From assembly GCF_013315695.1 (NCBI RefSeq), contig NZ_CP054353.1: a stretch of DNA of 64,000 nucleotides. One strand, 5' to 3'. A program made the translations under genes and the position numbers. Shown here piece after piece: positions 1 to 11,606 of this stretch (position 1 is its first letter; each line of letters starts with the position of its first letter). The notes under the pieces were generated by a model. It saw nothing but the letters and a program-made list of their open reading frames with translations, was not told where the DNA came from and did no database searches. Source of the stretch: Escherichia coli. Lineage in GTDB: Bacteria; Pseudomonadota; Gammaproteobacteria; Enterobacterales; Enterobacteriaceae.

Positions 1-103
1 CGGCATTAATGCGCAAATAAGTCGCTATACTTCGGATTTTTGCCATGCTATTTCTTTACATCTCTAAAACAAAACATAACGAAACGCACTGCCGGACAGA
101 CAA

Positions 104-1291
104 ATGAACTTATCCCTACGACGCTCTACCAGCGCCCTTCTTGCCTCGTCGTTGTTATTAACCATCGGACGCGGCGCTACGCTGCCGTTTATGACCATTT
201 ACTTGAGTCGCCAGTACAGCCTGAGTGTCGATCTAATCGGTTATGCGATGACAATTGCGCTCACTATTGGCGTCGTTTTTAGCCTCGGTTTTGGTATCCT
301 GGCGGATAAGTTCGACAAGAAACGCTATATGTTACTGGCAATTACCGCCTTCGCCAGCGGTTTTATTGCCATTCCTTTAGTGAATAACGTGACGCTGGTG
401 GTGCTCTTTTTTGCCCTTATTAACTGCGCCTATTCCGTCTTTGCTACCGTGTTGAAAGCCTGGTTTGCCGACAATCTTTCGTCCACCAGCAAAACGAAAA
501 TCTTCTCAATCAACTACACCATGCTCAACATTGGCTGGACCATCGGTCCGCCGCTAGGCACGCTGTTGGTGATGCAGAGCATCAATCTGCCCTTCTGGCT
601 GGCAGCTATCTGTTCCGCGTTTCCCATGCTTTTCATTCAAATTTGGGTAAAGCGCAGCGAGAAAATCATCGCTACGGAAACAGGCAGTGTCTGGTCGCCG
701 AAAGTTTTATTACAAGATAAAGCACTGTTGTGGTTTACCTGCTCTGGCTTTCTGGCTTCTTTTGTTAGCGGCGCATTTGCTTCATGCATTTCACAATATG
801 TGATGGTGATTGCTGATGGTGATTTTGCCGAAAAGGTGGTCGCGGTTGTTCTTCCGGTGAATGCTGCCATGGTGGTTACGTTGCAATATTCCGTGGGCCG
901 CCGCCTTAACCCGGCTAACATCCGCGCGCTGATGACAGCAGGCACCCTCTGTTTCGTCATCGGGCTGGTCGGTTTTATTTTTTCCGGCAACAGCCTGCTA
1001 ATGTGGGGTATGTCAGCTGCGGTATTTACTGTCGGTGAAATCATTTATGCGCCGGGCGAGTATATGTTGATTGACCATATTGCACCGCCAGGAATGAAAG
1101 CCAGCTATTTTTCCGCTCAGTCTTTAGGCTGGCTTGGTGCGGCGATTAACCCATTAGTGAGTGGCATAGTGCTTACCAGTCTGCCGCCTTTCTCGCTGTT
1201 TATCATCTTAGCGTTGGTGATCGTTGCTGCGTGGGTGCTGATGTTAAAAGGAATTCGTGCAAGACCGTGGGGGCAGCCCGCGCTTTGTTGA
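104..1291 (+). CDS. ydeE: MFS-type transporter YdeE
   Basis: 395-aa ORF with multi-TM hydrophobic profile; sits immediately upstream of mgtS/dgcZ as in E. coli. Confidence 0.85.
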   Translation: MNLSLRRSTSALLASSLLLTIGRGATLPFMTIYLSRQYSLSVDLIGYAMTIALTIGVVFSLGFGILADKFDKKRYMLLAITAFASGFIAIPLVNNVTLVVLFFALINCAYSVFATVLKAWFADNLSSTSKTKIFSINYTMLNIGWTIGPPLGTLLVMQSINLPFWLAAICSAFPMLFIQIWVKRSEKIIATETGSVWSPKVLLQDKALLWFTCSGFLASFVSGAFASCISQYVMVIADGDFAEKVVAVVLPVNAAMVVTLQYSVGRRLNPANIRALMTAGTLCFVIGLVGFIFSGNSLLMWGMSAAVFTVGEIIYAPGEYMLIDHIAPPGMKASYFSAQSLGWLGAAINPLVSGIVLTSLPPFSLFIILALVIVAAWVLMLKGIRARPWGQPALC

Positions 1292-1417
1292 TTTAAGTCG
1301 AACACAATAAAAATTTAATTCAGCCTTCGTTTAGGTTACCTCTGCTAATATCTTTCTCATTGAGATGAAAATTAAGGTAAGCGAGGAAACACACCACACC
1401 ATAAACGGAGGCAAATA

Positions 1418-1513
1418 ATGCTGGGTAATATGAATGTTTTTATGGCCGTACTGGGAATAATTTTATTTTCTGGGTTTCTGGCCGCGTATTTCAGCCACAA
1501 ATGGGATGACTAA
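1418..1513 (+). CDS. mgtS: small inner-membrane regulatory protein MgtS (31 aa)
   Basis: ATG at 1418; reads MLGNMNVFMAVLGIILFSGFLAAYFSHKWDD then TAA; below the 60-aa ORF-track cutoff, found by direct reading. Confidence 0.8.
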   Translation: MLGNMNVFMAVLGIILFSGFLAAYFSHKWDD

Positions 1514-1543
1514 TGAACGGAGATAATCCCTCACCTAACCGGC

Positions 1544-1579
1544 CCCTTGTTACAACTGTGTACAAGGGGCCTGATTTTT
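1544..1579 (+). terminator. putative rho-independent terminator downstream of mgtS
   Basis: inverted repeat ccccttgta / tacaagggg followed by a T-run. Confidence 0.5.
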
Positions 1580-1588
1580 ATGACGGCG

Positions 1589-1686
1589 AAAAAAAACCGC
1601 CAGTAAACCGGCGGTGAATGCTTGCATGGATAGATTTGTGTTTTGCTTTTACGCTAACAGGCATTTTCCTGCACTGATAACGGATC
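1589..1686 (-). ncRNA. mgrR: MgrR small RNA (PhoPQ-regulated); ends approximate
   Basis: minus strand reads GCAGGAAAATGCCTGTTAGCG...CCGCCGGTTTACTGGCGG followed by a U-run (hairpin terminator); matches MgrR as I remember it; convergent with mgtS. Confidence 0.55.
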
Positions 1687-1731
1687 GTTGACACAGTAGC
1701 ATCAGTTTTCTCAATGAATGTTAAACGGAGC

Positions 1732-2622
1732 TTAAACTCGGTGAATCACGTTTTGTTCGTCAATAAACATGCAGCGATTCCTTCCGGTTTGCTTACCCTC
1801 ATACATTGCCCGGTCCGCTCTTCCAATGACCACATCCAGAGGCTCTTCAGGAAATGCGCGACTCACACCTGCTGTCACGGTAATGTTGATATGCCCTTCA
1901 GAATGTGTGATGGCATGGTTATCGACTAACTGGCAAATTCTGATACCTGCACGACATGCTTCTTCATCATTAGCCGCTTTGACAATAATGATAAATTCTT
2001 CGCCACCGTAGCGATAAACCGTTTCGTAATCGCGCGTCCAACTGGCTAAGTAAGTTGCCAGGGTGCGTAATACTACATCGCCGATTAAATGCCCGTAGGT
2101 ATCATTAACCAATTTAAATCGGTCAATATCCAACAACATTAAATAAAGATTCAGAGGATCAGCATTGCGTAACTGATGATCGAAGGATTCATCAAGAACC
2201 CGACGACCCGGCAATCCCGTCAGAACATCCATATTGCTACGGATCGTCAGCAAATAAATTTTGTAATCGGTTAATGCCGCAGTAAAAGAAAGCAACCCTT
2301 CCTGAAAAGCGTCGAAATGCGCGTCCTGCCAGTGATTTTCAACAATAGCCAGCATTAATTCCCGACCACAGTTATGCATATGTTGATGGGCAGAATCCAT
2401 TAGCCGAACGTAAGGTAATTCATCGTTATCGAGTGGCCCCAGATGATCAATCCACCGACCAAACTGGCACAGTCCATAAGAATGGTTATCCGTTATTTCT
2501 GGCTTACTGGCATCTCTCGCGACCACGCTGTGAAACATACTTACCAGCCACTGGTAGTGGGCATCGATAGCCTTATTGAGATTTAACAAGATGGCATCAA
2601 TTTCCGTTGTCTTCTTGATCAT
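1732..2622 (-). CDS. dgcZ: zinc-sensing diguanylate cyclase DgcZ (YdeH), GGDEF domain
   Basis: RYGGEEF motif in the C-terminal half; 296 aa when started at MIKKTTEIDAILLN; synteny. Confidence 0.9.
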   Translation of the reverse strand: MIKKTTEIDAILLNLNKAIDAHYQWLVSMFHSVVARDASKPEITDNHSYGLCQFGRWIDHLGPLDNDELPYVRLMDSAHQHMHNCGRELMLAIVENHWQDAHFDAFQEGLLSFTAALTDYKIYLLTIRSNMDVLTGLPGRRVLDESFDHQLRNADPLNLYLMLLDIDRFKLVNDTYGHLIGDVVLRTLATYLASWTRDYETVYRYGGEEFIIIVKAANDEEACRAGIRICQLVDNHAITHSEGHINITVTAGVSRAFPEEPLDVVIGRADRAMYEGKQTGRNRCMFIDEQNVIHRV

Positions 2623-2876
2623 TGCCACTCCTTTTTCACAGTTCCTTGTGCGCGCTATTCTAACGGGAGAAAAGCAAAATTACGTCAATATTTTCATAGA
2701 AATCCGAAGTTATGAGCCATCTCTGAGATAACATTGTGATTTAAAACAAAATCAGCAGATAAAAAAGTGTTTAATTCTATAAATTAACTCTGCATTATCG
2801 CAATTAAAAGGATGACAAATAGCATAACCCAATACCCTAATGGCCCAGTAGTTCAGGCCATCAGGCTAATTTATTT

Positions 2877-3269
2877 TTATTTCTGCAAATGAGTGACCCG
2901 AACGACGGCCGGCGCGCTTTTCTTATCCAGACTGCCGCTAATGTTGATCATCTGGTCCGGCTGAACTTCTCGTCCATCAAAGACGGCCGCAGGAATAACA
3001 ACATTAATTTCACCGCTCTTATCGCGAAAAACGTAACGGTCCTCTCCTTTGTGAGAAATCAAATTACCGCGTAGTGAAACCGAAGCGCCATCGTGCATGG
3101 TTTTTGCGAAATCAACGGTCATTTTTTTTGCATCGTCGGTTCCGCGATAGCCATCTTCTATTGCATGAGGCGGCGGTGGCGCTGCATCCTGTTTTAAACC
3201 GCCCGGGTCATCTGCCAACGCATAAGGCATGACAAGAAAACTTGCTAATACAATGGCCTGAAATTTCAT
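2877..3269 (-). CDS. ydeI: periplasmic OB-fold (YgiW/BOF family) protein YdeI
   Basis: 130-aa ORF with N-terminal signal peptide ([19 protein letters not shown]); synteny. Confidence 0.8.
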   Translation of the reverse strand: MKFQAIVLASFLVMPYALADDPGGLKQDAAPPPPHAIEDGYRGTDDAKKMTVDFAKTMHDGASVSLRGNLISHKGEDRYVFRDKSGEINVVIPAAVFDGREVQPDQMINISGSLDKKSAPAVVRVTHLQK

Positions 3270-3634
3270 ACTGACTCCTTAATTGCGTTTGGTTTGACTT
3301 ATTAAGTCTGGTTGCTATTTTTATAATTGCCAAATAAGATTACTGCCAATTGTTATAAGGCATTTAAAATCAGGCAACTAGCTGTCAAATATTCAGAGAA
3401 TTTAACTCACTAAAGTTAAGAAGAAGATTAAAGAGTCTTAAACATATTTCAGAATAATCAGATTTATAAATTTGAAAATTATTATAACGGAAGGGTATAC
3501 AAAAAAAGTAATTTTGCTGGCGACTGCGAAACGGCATTCGCATTAGCGGTGAAGTTTGCCCTCGCCCAGCTGCTGCAATTACTGCTATAACGAGGCTGGT
3601 CTGGCGATAAATCCAGGCCAGCCATTGGTTGTGT

Positions 3635-5680
3635 TTATACGTTCAAGCCACGATGTTGCAGCATCGGCATAATCTGAGGTGCCTTACCGCGCCATTGTCG
3701 ATACAGGCGTTCCAGATCCTCGCTGTTACCTCTGGAAAGGATCGCCTCGCGAAAACGCAGCCCATTTTCACGCGTTAATCCGCCCTGCTCAACAAACCAC
3801 TGATAACCATCATCGGCCAACATTTGCGTCCACAGATAAGCGTAATAACCCGCGGCATATCCGCCACCAAAAATATGGGCGAAATAACTGCTGCGATAGC
3901 GTGGCGGTATAGCAGGAAGATCCATATTTTCCGCCACCAGCGCCCGCAATTCGAAATCATCGACATCCTGCATTGCTTCGTTTTCTTCCAGGCAATGCCA
4001 GCGCATATCGAGAAGTGCGGCGCTAAGCAGTTCGCTCATCTCATACCCTTTATTGAACAGGCTGGCATTACGCATTTTCTGTTGCAGTTCGTCAGGCATT
4101 GCTGCCCCGCTCTGATAATGCCGGGCGTAGCGAGCGAATACCTGCGGATGCGTTGCCCAGTGTTCGTTGATTTGCGACGGAAATTCGACAAAATCACGCG
4201 GCGTGTTGGTGCCGGAAAGCGTGGCATAACGCTGGCGGGCAAAAAGGCCGTGCAGCGTATGACCAAATTCATGGAATAAGGTTATTACATCATCCCAGAG
4301 TAACAACGCAGGCTCCCCAGCAGCGGGTTTCTGATAATTGCAGACGTTATAAATTACCGGGTGCGTTTCATTCAGCGTTGATTGCTCAACAAAATTGCCC
4401 ATCCATGCGCCGCCGCTTTTTGAATCACGGGCGAAGAAATCACCGTAAAATAACGCCAGCCCCACACCATTATGATCAAAAATTTCCCACACACGAACGT
4501 CAGGATGGTAGACAGGAATATCAAAACGTTCGACAAACTTAATACCGAAGAGCTGATTCGCAGTCCAGAATACGCCTTCATTCAACACCGTGTTTAATTC
4601 GAAATAAGGCTTGAGCTGCGCTTCATCGAGATCGAATTTATCACGTCTTACCTGCTCGGCATAAAATGCCCAGTCCCACGGCTGCGCGCTAAACCCGCCC
4701 TGCTGCTTATCGATAACCGCCTGTATGGAGGCTAATTCATCGCTCGCACGTTGACGCGCCGCTGGAACAATTTCCCGCATAAAGTTGAGCGCTGCTTCTG
4801 GCGTTTTTGCCATCTGATCGGCGATTTTCCATGCGGCATAATGAGGAAAACCAAGCAGTTTCGCCTGCTGCGCGCGGATCTCCACCAGACGTTGAATGAT
4901 AGCGCGGGTATCATTGGCATCATTTTTTTCCGCTCGCATCCAGCCCGCAGTAAACAGTTTTTCACGCGTCGCACGATCGCGCATTTCGGCAAGCGCCGGT
5001 TGTTGGGTGGTATTCAGCAGCGGAATCAGCCATTTGTTATCCAGACCTTTCTCGCGAGCCGCCTCTGCCGCCAGCACAATCTCTTGCTCACTCATTCCTG
5101 CCAGCTGCGCGATATCGTTCACAACCAGACCGCCGGATTTATTTGCTGCCAGTAACCGCTGGTTAAACTGGCTGGTCAGGGTCGCAGCTTCTGTATTCAG
5201 TACTTTTAATTTTGCTTTATCAGCTTGCGCAAGTTTGGCTCCGGCAAGGACAAAACGTTGATGAATCACCTCCACCAGGCGGATGGATTCACTATCAAGC
5301 CCCAGGGATTCACGGCGCTGCCAGACAGCATCTACCCGCGCGAATAATTCACCGTTCAGATAGATATCATTAGCCAGTTCCGCCAGTTCAGCGGAAAACT
5401 GTTCATCAAGACGCTGTAATTCATCATTGGTATGCGCCGCAGTCATCGCAAAAAAGACGCTGGTAACGCGGGTAAGTAATTCTCCGCTTTGTTCCAGTGC
5501 CAGAATAGTATTGTTGAAATCAGGCGTTTGCGAGTTAAGCGCGATGGCAGTAATTTCTGCCCGCTTTTGCAGCATTCCCTCATCGAATGCCGGGCGATAG
5601 TGATGATTGGCAATTTGATCAAAATGGGGAGCCAGATACGGCAGTGTGCTTTGCACAAGGAAAGGATTCATTGTTGTCAT
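3635..5680 (-). CDS. dcp: dipeptidyl carboxypeptidase II (M3 family zinc metallopeptidase)
   Basis: HEFGH zinc-binding motif; 681 aa when started at MTTMNPFLVQ; the ORF-track start is 22 codons further upstream. Confidence 0.9.
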   Translation of the reverse strand: MTTMNPFLVQSTLPYLAPHFDQIANHHYRPAFDEGMLQKRAEITAIALNSQTPDFNNTILALEQSGELLTRVTSVFFAMTAAHTNDELQRLDEQFSAELAELANDIYLNGELFARVDAVWQRRESLGLDSESIRLVEVIHQRFVLAGAKLAQADKAKLKVLNTEAATLTSQFNQRLLAANKSGGLVVNDIAQLAGMSEQEIVLAAEAAREKGLDNKWLIPLLNTTQQPALAEMRDRATREKLFTAGWMRAEKNDANDTRAIIQRLVEIRAQQAKLLGFPHYAAWKIADQMAKTPEAALNFMREIVPAARQRASDELASIQAVIDKQQGGFSAQPWDWAFYAEQVRRDKFDLDEAQLKPYFELNTVLNEGVFWTANQLFGIKFVERFDIPVYHPDVRVWEIFDHNGVGLALFYGDFFARDSKSGGAWMGNFVEQSTLNETHPVIYNVCNYQKPAAGEPALLLWDDVITLFHEFGHTLHGLFARQRYATLSGTNTPRDFVEFPSQINEHWATHPQVFARYARHYQSGAAMPDELQQKMRNASLFNKGYEMSELLSAALLDMRWHCLEENEAMQDVDDFELRALVAENMDLPAIPPRYRSSYFAHIFGGGYAAGYYAYLWTQMLADDGYQWFVEQGGLTRENGLRFREAILSRGNSEDLERLYRQWRGKAPQIMPMLQHRGLNV

Positions 5681-5816
5681 TTTCTTCTCCTGAACGCGAG
5701 GTGTTCCATAGCGTAGGCTTACTGATAACGGAGTGCAATCTTGCAAACCAGTATTACCCGCTCTTAAGCATCACGTGCTATGTTATTGACACACAAAAGC
5801 GTTGAGGAACAGTGAG

Positions 5817-6563
5817 ATGATCGTTTTAGTAACTGGAGCAACGGCAGGTTTTGGTGAATGCATTACTCGTCGTTTTATTCAACAAGGGCATAAAGTTATC
5901 GCCACTGGCCGTCGCCAGGAGCGGTTGCAGGAGTTAAAAGATGAACTGGGAGATAATCTGTATATCGCCCAACTGGACGTTCGCAACCGCGCCGCTATTG
6001 AAGAGATGCTGGCATCGCTCCCTGCCGAGTGGAGCAATATTGATATCCTGGTAAACAATGCCGGCCTGGCGTTGGGCATGGAGCCTGCGCATAAAGCCAG
6101 CATTGAAGACTGGGAAACGATGATTGATACCAACAACAAAGGCCTGGTATATATGACGCGCGCCGTCTTACCGGGTATGGTTGAACGTAATCATGGTCAT
6201 ATTATTAACATTGGCTCAACGGCAGGCAGCTGGCCGTATGCCGGTGGTAACGTTTACGGTGCGACGAAAGCGTTTGTTCGTCAGTTTAGCCTGAATCTGC
6301 GTACGGACCTGCATGGTACGGCGGTGCGCGTCACCGACATCGAACCGGGTCTGGTGGGTGGCACCGAGTTTTCCAATGTCCGCTTTAAAGGCGATGACGG
6401 TAAAGCGGAAAAAACCTATCAAAATACCGTTGCATTGACGCCAGAAGATGTCAGCGAAGCCGTCTGGTGGGTGTCAACGCTGCCTGCTCACGTCAATATC
6501 AATACCCTGGAAATGATGCCGGTTACCCAAAGCTATGCCGGACTGAATGTCCACCGTCAGTAA
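5817..6563 (+). CDS. ydfG: NADP-dependent 3-hydroxy acid dehydrogenase (short-chain dehydrogenase/reductase)
   Basis: N-terminal Rossmann motif VLVTGATAGFG; 248 aa from MIVLVTG. Confidence 0.9.
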   Translation: MIVLVTGATAGFGECITRRFIQQGHKVIATGRRQERLQELKDELGDNLYIAQLDVRNRAAIEEMLASLPAEWSNIDILVNNAGLALGMEPAHKASIEDWETMIDTNNKGLVYMTRAVLPGMVERNHGHIINIGSTAGSWPYAGGNVYGATKAFVRQFSLNLRTDLHGTAVRVTDIEPGLVGGTEFSNVRFKGDDGKAEKTYQNTVALTPEDVSEAVWWVSTLPAHVNINTLEMMPVTQSYAGLNVHRQ

Positions 6564-6651
6564 TTTTTATACCCGGCGTAACTGCCGGGTTATTGCTTGT
6601 CACAAAAAAGTGGTAGACTCATGCAGTTAACTCACTCACAAGCAAGAACGA

Positions 6652-7338
6652 ATGACCGTCGAAACGCAACTTAATCCCACACAGCCTGTCAATCAGCAGA
6701 TTTATCGTATTCTTCGTCGCGACATTGTCCATTGCCTGATTGCTCCAGGCACACCGTTGTCGGAAAAAGAAGTTTCTGTTCGTTTCAATGTGTCACGCCA
6801 GCCGGTTCGTGAAGCCTTTATTAAACTGGCGGAAAACGGTCTGATTCAAATTCGTCCGCAGCGTGGCAGCTACGTCAACAAAATTTCCATGGCCCAGGTG
6901 CGCAACGGCAGTTTTATCCGTCAGGCCATTGAGTGCGCGGTGGCGCGTCGGGCGGCGAGCATGATTACCGAAAGCCAGTGCTACCAACTGGAACAAAATC
7001 TTCACCAGCAACGCATTGCCATTGAGCGCAAGCAACTGGATGATTTTTTTGAACTTGATGACAACTTCCATCAACTCCTGACGCAGATTGCCGACTGTCA
7101 ACTGGCGTGGGATACCATTGAGAACCTGAAAGCGACCGTTGATCGCGTGCGCTATATGAGTTTCGACCACGTTTCTCCACCAGAAATGCTGTTACGCCAG
7201 CATCTTGAGATTTTCTCTGCCCTGCAAAAACGTGATGGCGATGCGGTAGAACGTGCAATGACGCAACATTTGCAGGAAATCAGCGAATCCGTGCGCCAGA
7301 TCCGCCAGGAAAACAGCGACTGGTTTAGCGAAGAGTAG
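6652..7338 (+). CDS. ydfH: GntR-family transcriptional regulator
   Basis: 228-aa ORF with N-terminal winged-HTH region and FCD-like C-terminal domain; synteny. Confidence 0.8.
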   Translation: MTVETQLNPTQPVNQQIYRILRRDIVHCLIAPGTPLSEKEVSVRFNVSRQPVREAFIKLAENGLIQIRPQRGSYVNKISMAQVRNGSFIRQAIECAVARRAASMITESQCYQLEQNLHQQRIAIERKQLDDFFELDDNFHQLLTQIADCQLAWDTIENLKATVDRVRYMSFDHVSPPEMLLRQHLEIFSALQKRDGDAVERAMTQHLQEISESVRQIRQENSDWFSEE

Positions 7339-7515
7339 TTCATTTCCTCTCATCCCATCCGGGGTGAGAGTCTATTCGCCCCGCCTTATGGCTCATGCAT
7401 GCATCAAAAAAGATGTGAGCTTGATCAAAAACAAAAAATATTTCACTCGACAGGAGTATTTATATTGCGCCCGTTACGTGGGCTTCGACTGTAAATCAGA
7501 AAGGAGAAAACACCT

Positions 7516-7719
7516 ATGACGACCTACGATCGTAACCGTAACGCAATCACCACTGGCAGCCGTGTTATGGTTAGCGGCACCGGTCACACTGGCAAGATCC
7601 TGTCGATTGATACTGAAGGTCTGACCGCTGAGCAAATCCGCCGCGGAAAAACCGTAGTTGTTGAAGGTTGTGAAGAGAAACTGGCACCTCTGGACCTGAT
7701 TCGTCTCGGCATGAACTAA
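7516..7719 (+). CDS. ydfZ: small protein YdfZ (67 aa)
   Basis: 67-aa [24 protein letters not shown]...; good RBS (aggag) upstream; synteny. Confidence 0.8.
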
Positions 7720-7726
7720 GCGTGTG

Positions 7727-7757
7727 AATGCCGCCGATGGCGGCATTGCTTTTTTTA
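7727..7757. terminator. putative bidirectional rho-independent terminator between ydfZ and ydfI
   Basis: aatgccgcc gat ggcggcatt hairpin flanked by a T-run; ydfZ and ydfI are convergent. Confidence 0.5.
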
Positions 7758-9215
7758 CTTCACGGAATATTTCGCCACGGTCGCTTTCGCACCATGCGCT
7801 AATAAAGACAAGTACGCTTCCGTCACTTTTGCAGTAAACAAGCTATTGTCTGGCAAATCATCACCAAAGATCGCCTTAATCGCCAGCAATGACTGGACGC
7901 GCGCTTTCCCTTCGGCACTACTTTGTACAGCCTTCTGAATAACAGGTAACAGTGGGTCACTGATTTCTATCGGATTTCCCTGTTCATCAACACCACCGAC
8001 ATAACGCATCCAACCTGCGACGCCCAGCGCCAGCAGATCGAACTTGCTGTCATGCGCCAGATGCCAGCGAACAGAATCCAACATCCGCTGTGGCAATTTC
8101 TGGCTGCCATCCATAGCAATCTGCCAGGTTCGATGACGTAGCGCCGGGTTGCTATAGCGTTCAATTAATCGGTTAGCGTAATCTTGCAAATCAACGCCCT
8201 GCACTTTCAACGTCGGCGCTTGTTCCTGCAACATCAAGGCATACGCTGCATGACGATAATGTTCATCTTCCATGCAGTCATTAATGTGCTGATATCCGGC
8301 AAGATAACCCAGATACGCCAGGAATGAATGACTGCCGTTGAGCATGCGCAACTTCATCTCTTCATAAGGCAGCACATCACTAACCAGTTCGGCTCCCGCT
8401 TTTTCCCATTCCGGACGTCCGGCAACAAAGTTATCTTCTATTACCCACTGGCGGAAAGGTTCACAGGCAACGCCAGCAGGATCGCGCACACCGGTAAGTT
8501 GTTCGATTTTCGTCAGCATATCCTCTGTCACTGCGGGCACAATACGGTCCACCATTGTTGATGGGAAAGTCACGTTTTCTTCGATCCATTGTGCCAGTTT
8601 TACATCAACAGCTTGCGCGTAGGAAGTGACAACGTCACGCATAACATGACCGTTTTCTGGCATGTTGTCACATGACATGACGGTAAATGCGGGAAGTCCT
8701 GCCGCTTTACGGCGAGCCAGCGCCTCGACAATCACCCCTGTTGCAGTTTTCGGCTGGTGGGGATTTTGAACGTCGGCAACGACCATCGGGTGATCGAGCA
8801 TTAACTGTCCGGTCGCCGGAGAGTGGAAATACCCTTTTTCGGTGATTGTCAGAGAGACAATCGCGATTTGCGGTTCACACATCGCAGCCAACACGGTTTC
8901 TAAGCCATCAATCTGTACGTGCAAGGCTTTTTTAACGACGCCAACGACGCGAGCCGTCCACGCATCGGCCGACATTTCCGCAACGGTATAAAGATTATCT
9001 TGCTGTTGTAAATCGGCAATTTGCTGTTCGCCGCCGATTAAATTGACCTCATAATATCCCCAGTCACTGAAATGTTTTGTAGCAAGAATATCGGCATACA
9101 CGCCCTGATGCGCACGGTGAAATGCACCAAAGCCTAAATGAACAATTCTTGGGGCCAGGTTATTACGATCATAAACAGGGAGCGTCGCTTTTGCTGATAA
9201 CAAATTATTTCCCAT
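7755..9215 (-). CDS. ydfI: mannitol/fructuronate dehydrogenase-family oxidoreductase
   Basis: 486-aa ORF, long-chain mannitol dehydrogenase family by sequence character; synteny. Confidence 0.8.
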   Translation of the reverse strand: MGNNLLSAKATLPVYDRNNLAPRIVHLGFGAFHRAHQGVYADILATKHFSDWGYYEVNLIGGEQQIADLQQQDNLYTVAEMSADAWTARVVGVVKKALHVQIDGLETVLAAMCEPQIAIVSLTITEKGYFHSPATGQLMLDHPMVVADVQNPHQPKTATGVIVEALARRKAAGLPAFTVMSCDNMPENGHVMRDVVTSYAQAVDVKLAQWIEENVTFPSTMVDRIVPAVTEDMLTKIEQLTGVRDPAGVACEPFRQWVIEDNFVAGRPEWEKAGAELVSDVLPYEEMKLRMLNGSHSFLAYLGYLAGYQHINDCMEDEHYRHAAYALMLQEQAPTLKVQGVDLQDYANRLIERYSNPALRHRTWQIAMDGSQKLPQRMLDSVRWHLAHDSKFDLLALGVAGWMRYVGGVDEQGNPIEISDPLLPVIQKAVQSSAEGKARVQSLLAIKAIFGDDLPDNSLFTAKVTEAYLSLLAHGAKATVAKYSVK

Positions 9216-9303
9216 AACAATTCCTTAAATATAAATATGGCAAGCTACATGTTTTGTTATATGAATAAAAATCCCCTCTCCGGTAAGAGAAGGGATTGAG
9301 GAT

Positions 9304-10587
9304 TTAAAGACTTCTGGAAGGTTGCGCAGCTCTGACAACACGAAGTTGATCTTCCGCAGCGTCTTCCAGCGCACTTAAATCACGGTCTTTCACTTCTGGC
9401 ATTTTCAGCGCAGAGATTAAACCAATCACTGAATATGCCATGATCATAATGGCGATCGGATACCAGGATTCCGTCATGGTGCAGAAAATACCCGCCAGGA
9501 TAGGACCAAAACCGGAAGCGATAAGACCACCAATTTCTTTAGAAATAGCCATCCGGGTAAAGCGGTTTTTACAGCCGAACATTTCTGCCATGGTAATGTT
9601 TTCCAGAGCAAATAATCCCAGCACCGCACAGTTATGAATCACAATCAGTGCAACCATAATGGTGCTCGGGGCATAGCTTTTATCTACGATGATAGAAAGC
9701 ATTGGCCACGCCAGCACAATCGCAGAGGTATTCATAATAATATACGGGATCCGGCGACCTATTTTATCGGATAACCAACCAAGGAACGGAATGGTCATAA
9801 AGCCGAGAATCGAACTGATCATCAATGCATCTGTTGGAATTGCTTTGTTAAACAATAACGTCTGCACTAAATAGCCTGCAAGGAAAGTCTGAATTAAACC
9901 GGAGTTACCAGCCTGACCAAAACGCAGCCCTGTTGCCAGCCAGAAGGATTTGCTCTGGAACATGCTACCAGCAGGTGCAGGTTTTGCTGTCGGTTGGTTG
10001 CTGTCGTTAACCTTCTCAAAGACCGGGCTTTCTTTCAGATTCATACGCAACCAGATAGCAAAGACCATCACGACAACGCTCGCCAGGAACGGTATACGCC
10101 ATCCCCACGCCAGCAGTTCCTCTTTACTGAGAATGAAGAACATAAAGGCCCAGATTGCCGTTGCGCTTAAGGTTCCGCAGTTAGTTCCCATAGCCACAAA
10201 TGAGGAGATAATTCCGCGCTTACCTTTTGGCGCATATTCCGCCAGCATCGTACCGGCACCGGAAATTTCCGCGCCTGCCCCCAGCCCCTGAATAATACGC
10301 AGCGTCACCAGCAAAATTGGCGCAAACACACCAATTTGTGCATAGGTCGGCAGCACACCAATTAAGGTGGTACAGATCCCCATCATAGTTATGGTAATAA
10401 AGAGCACTTTTTTACGCCCGATTCTGTCGCCCATTTTGCCGAAAATAAATGCTCCGACAATACGCGCCACATAACCTGCACCGTAGGTTCCCATTGCCAG
10501 AATTAACGCCATTGCCGTTGATGATTCAGGAAAAAATATTTCATGAAACACTAACGCTGCGCCGAGCGAATATAACTGGAAATCCAT
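9304..10587 (-). pseudogene. ydfJ: MFS (metabolite:H+ symporter family) transporter YdfJ, 3' portion; 5' end displaced by prophage integration
   Basis: 427-aa ORF begins inside the conserved E-[FW]-[YF]-D-F N-terminal motif region; the missing 39 codons lie at the other prophage junction (55642..55761). Confidence 0.75.
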
Positions 10588-11372
10588 AATTCACAGGTGT
10601 TTTTTCCCATCCTGTGGTTTCCTTGGCGTTTTCTAGGTTTTTTCAGATAGTTGCATTTTTTAAAAAGCATCCTAAGTTCGATCTCAGTGTCTATCTGGGG
10701 CCTATTTCTGTCCCATATATGCCCCAAAAAAACTCCTCAACAGATAAGTAGTTTTTTCATGGAGTTACGCGTAAAATCAATAACGGCTGGAAATCATTCA
10801 ATACTCGCACTATCGAAAAATTTACCAGCCAACCGCAGCACGTTCTTGCATAAGGCGTGTCTGCGGTTTTTCAACTATTCAGATACATCACTCCCATCAC
10901 ATTCATTCCTCCGCATCAAAGGCATATAGGCTATATCACCTTGATATTTTTCTTCTTCAGATAAAAACTGTTATCTATGTATACTTTTAAACCCAATCCG
11001 TGTAGAGTCTCTGCATAAGATAGTTTGCAGTTGCCACTTCAGCTTGCGCCATAAACCGCCTGATTTTTGCCGCCATCTGTTAGCATTCCTGTATACCTGA
11101 AACGACAATGTTTATCTACGAACTTTAAGAACACCCAGGATAAAAATTGTCAACTATATCATATATAACACATTACTAATTCGAGGCTATATGAACAGCA
11201 TACTGATAATCACTTCGCTCCTTATCATATTCAGCATTTTTAGTCATGCTCTAATAAAATTAGGGATTGGCATATCCAATAACCCAGACAAAACCGATGT
11301 ATAAGTCAACATATCCTGAATCAGACATACAATATCGCAATGAAAATCAATAATATTTTAAGGAATATATTC

Positions 11373-11606
11373 ATGAAATCAAAAGACACCCTAAAGTGGT
11401 TCCCTGCGCAGCTTCCTGAAGTCAGAATTATCCTAGGGGATGCTGTAGTGGAAGTAGCAAAACAGGGAAGACCTATCAATACCAGAACATTGCTTGATTA
11501 CATTGAAGGAAACATAAAGAAAAAATCATGGCTGGATAACAAAGAATTATTACAAACAGCGATATCAGTTCTTAAAGACAACCAAAATTTAAATGGTAAA
11601 ATGTAA
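11373..11606 (+). CDS. ydfK: cold-shock-associated small protein YdfK
   Basis: 77-aa ORF MKSKDTLKWFPAQLPEVRIILGD...; long AT-rich 5' leader; adjacent to pin recombinase as in Qin. Confidence 0.6.
   Translation: MKSKDTLKWFPAQLPEVRIILGDAVVEVAKQGRPINTRTLLDYIEGNIKKKSWLDNKELLQTAISVLKDNQNLNGKM

Noticed and set aside
3679-5261. Multiple 60-150-aa ORFs on both strands inside dcp
   Set aside because: Contained within a well-supported 681-aa metallopeptidase gene; typical antisense and alternative-frame shadows.
10651-10929. 92-aa ORF just inside the left prophage junction
   Set aside because: AT-rich leader region upstream of ydfK with no RBS and low-complexity product; more likely regulatory/UTR sequence.
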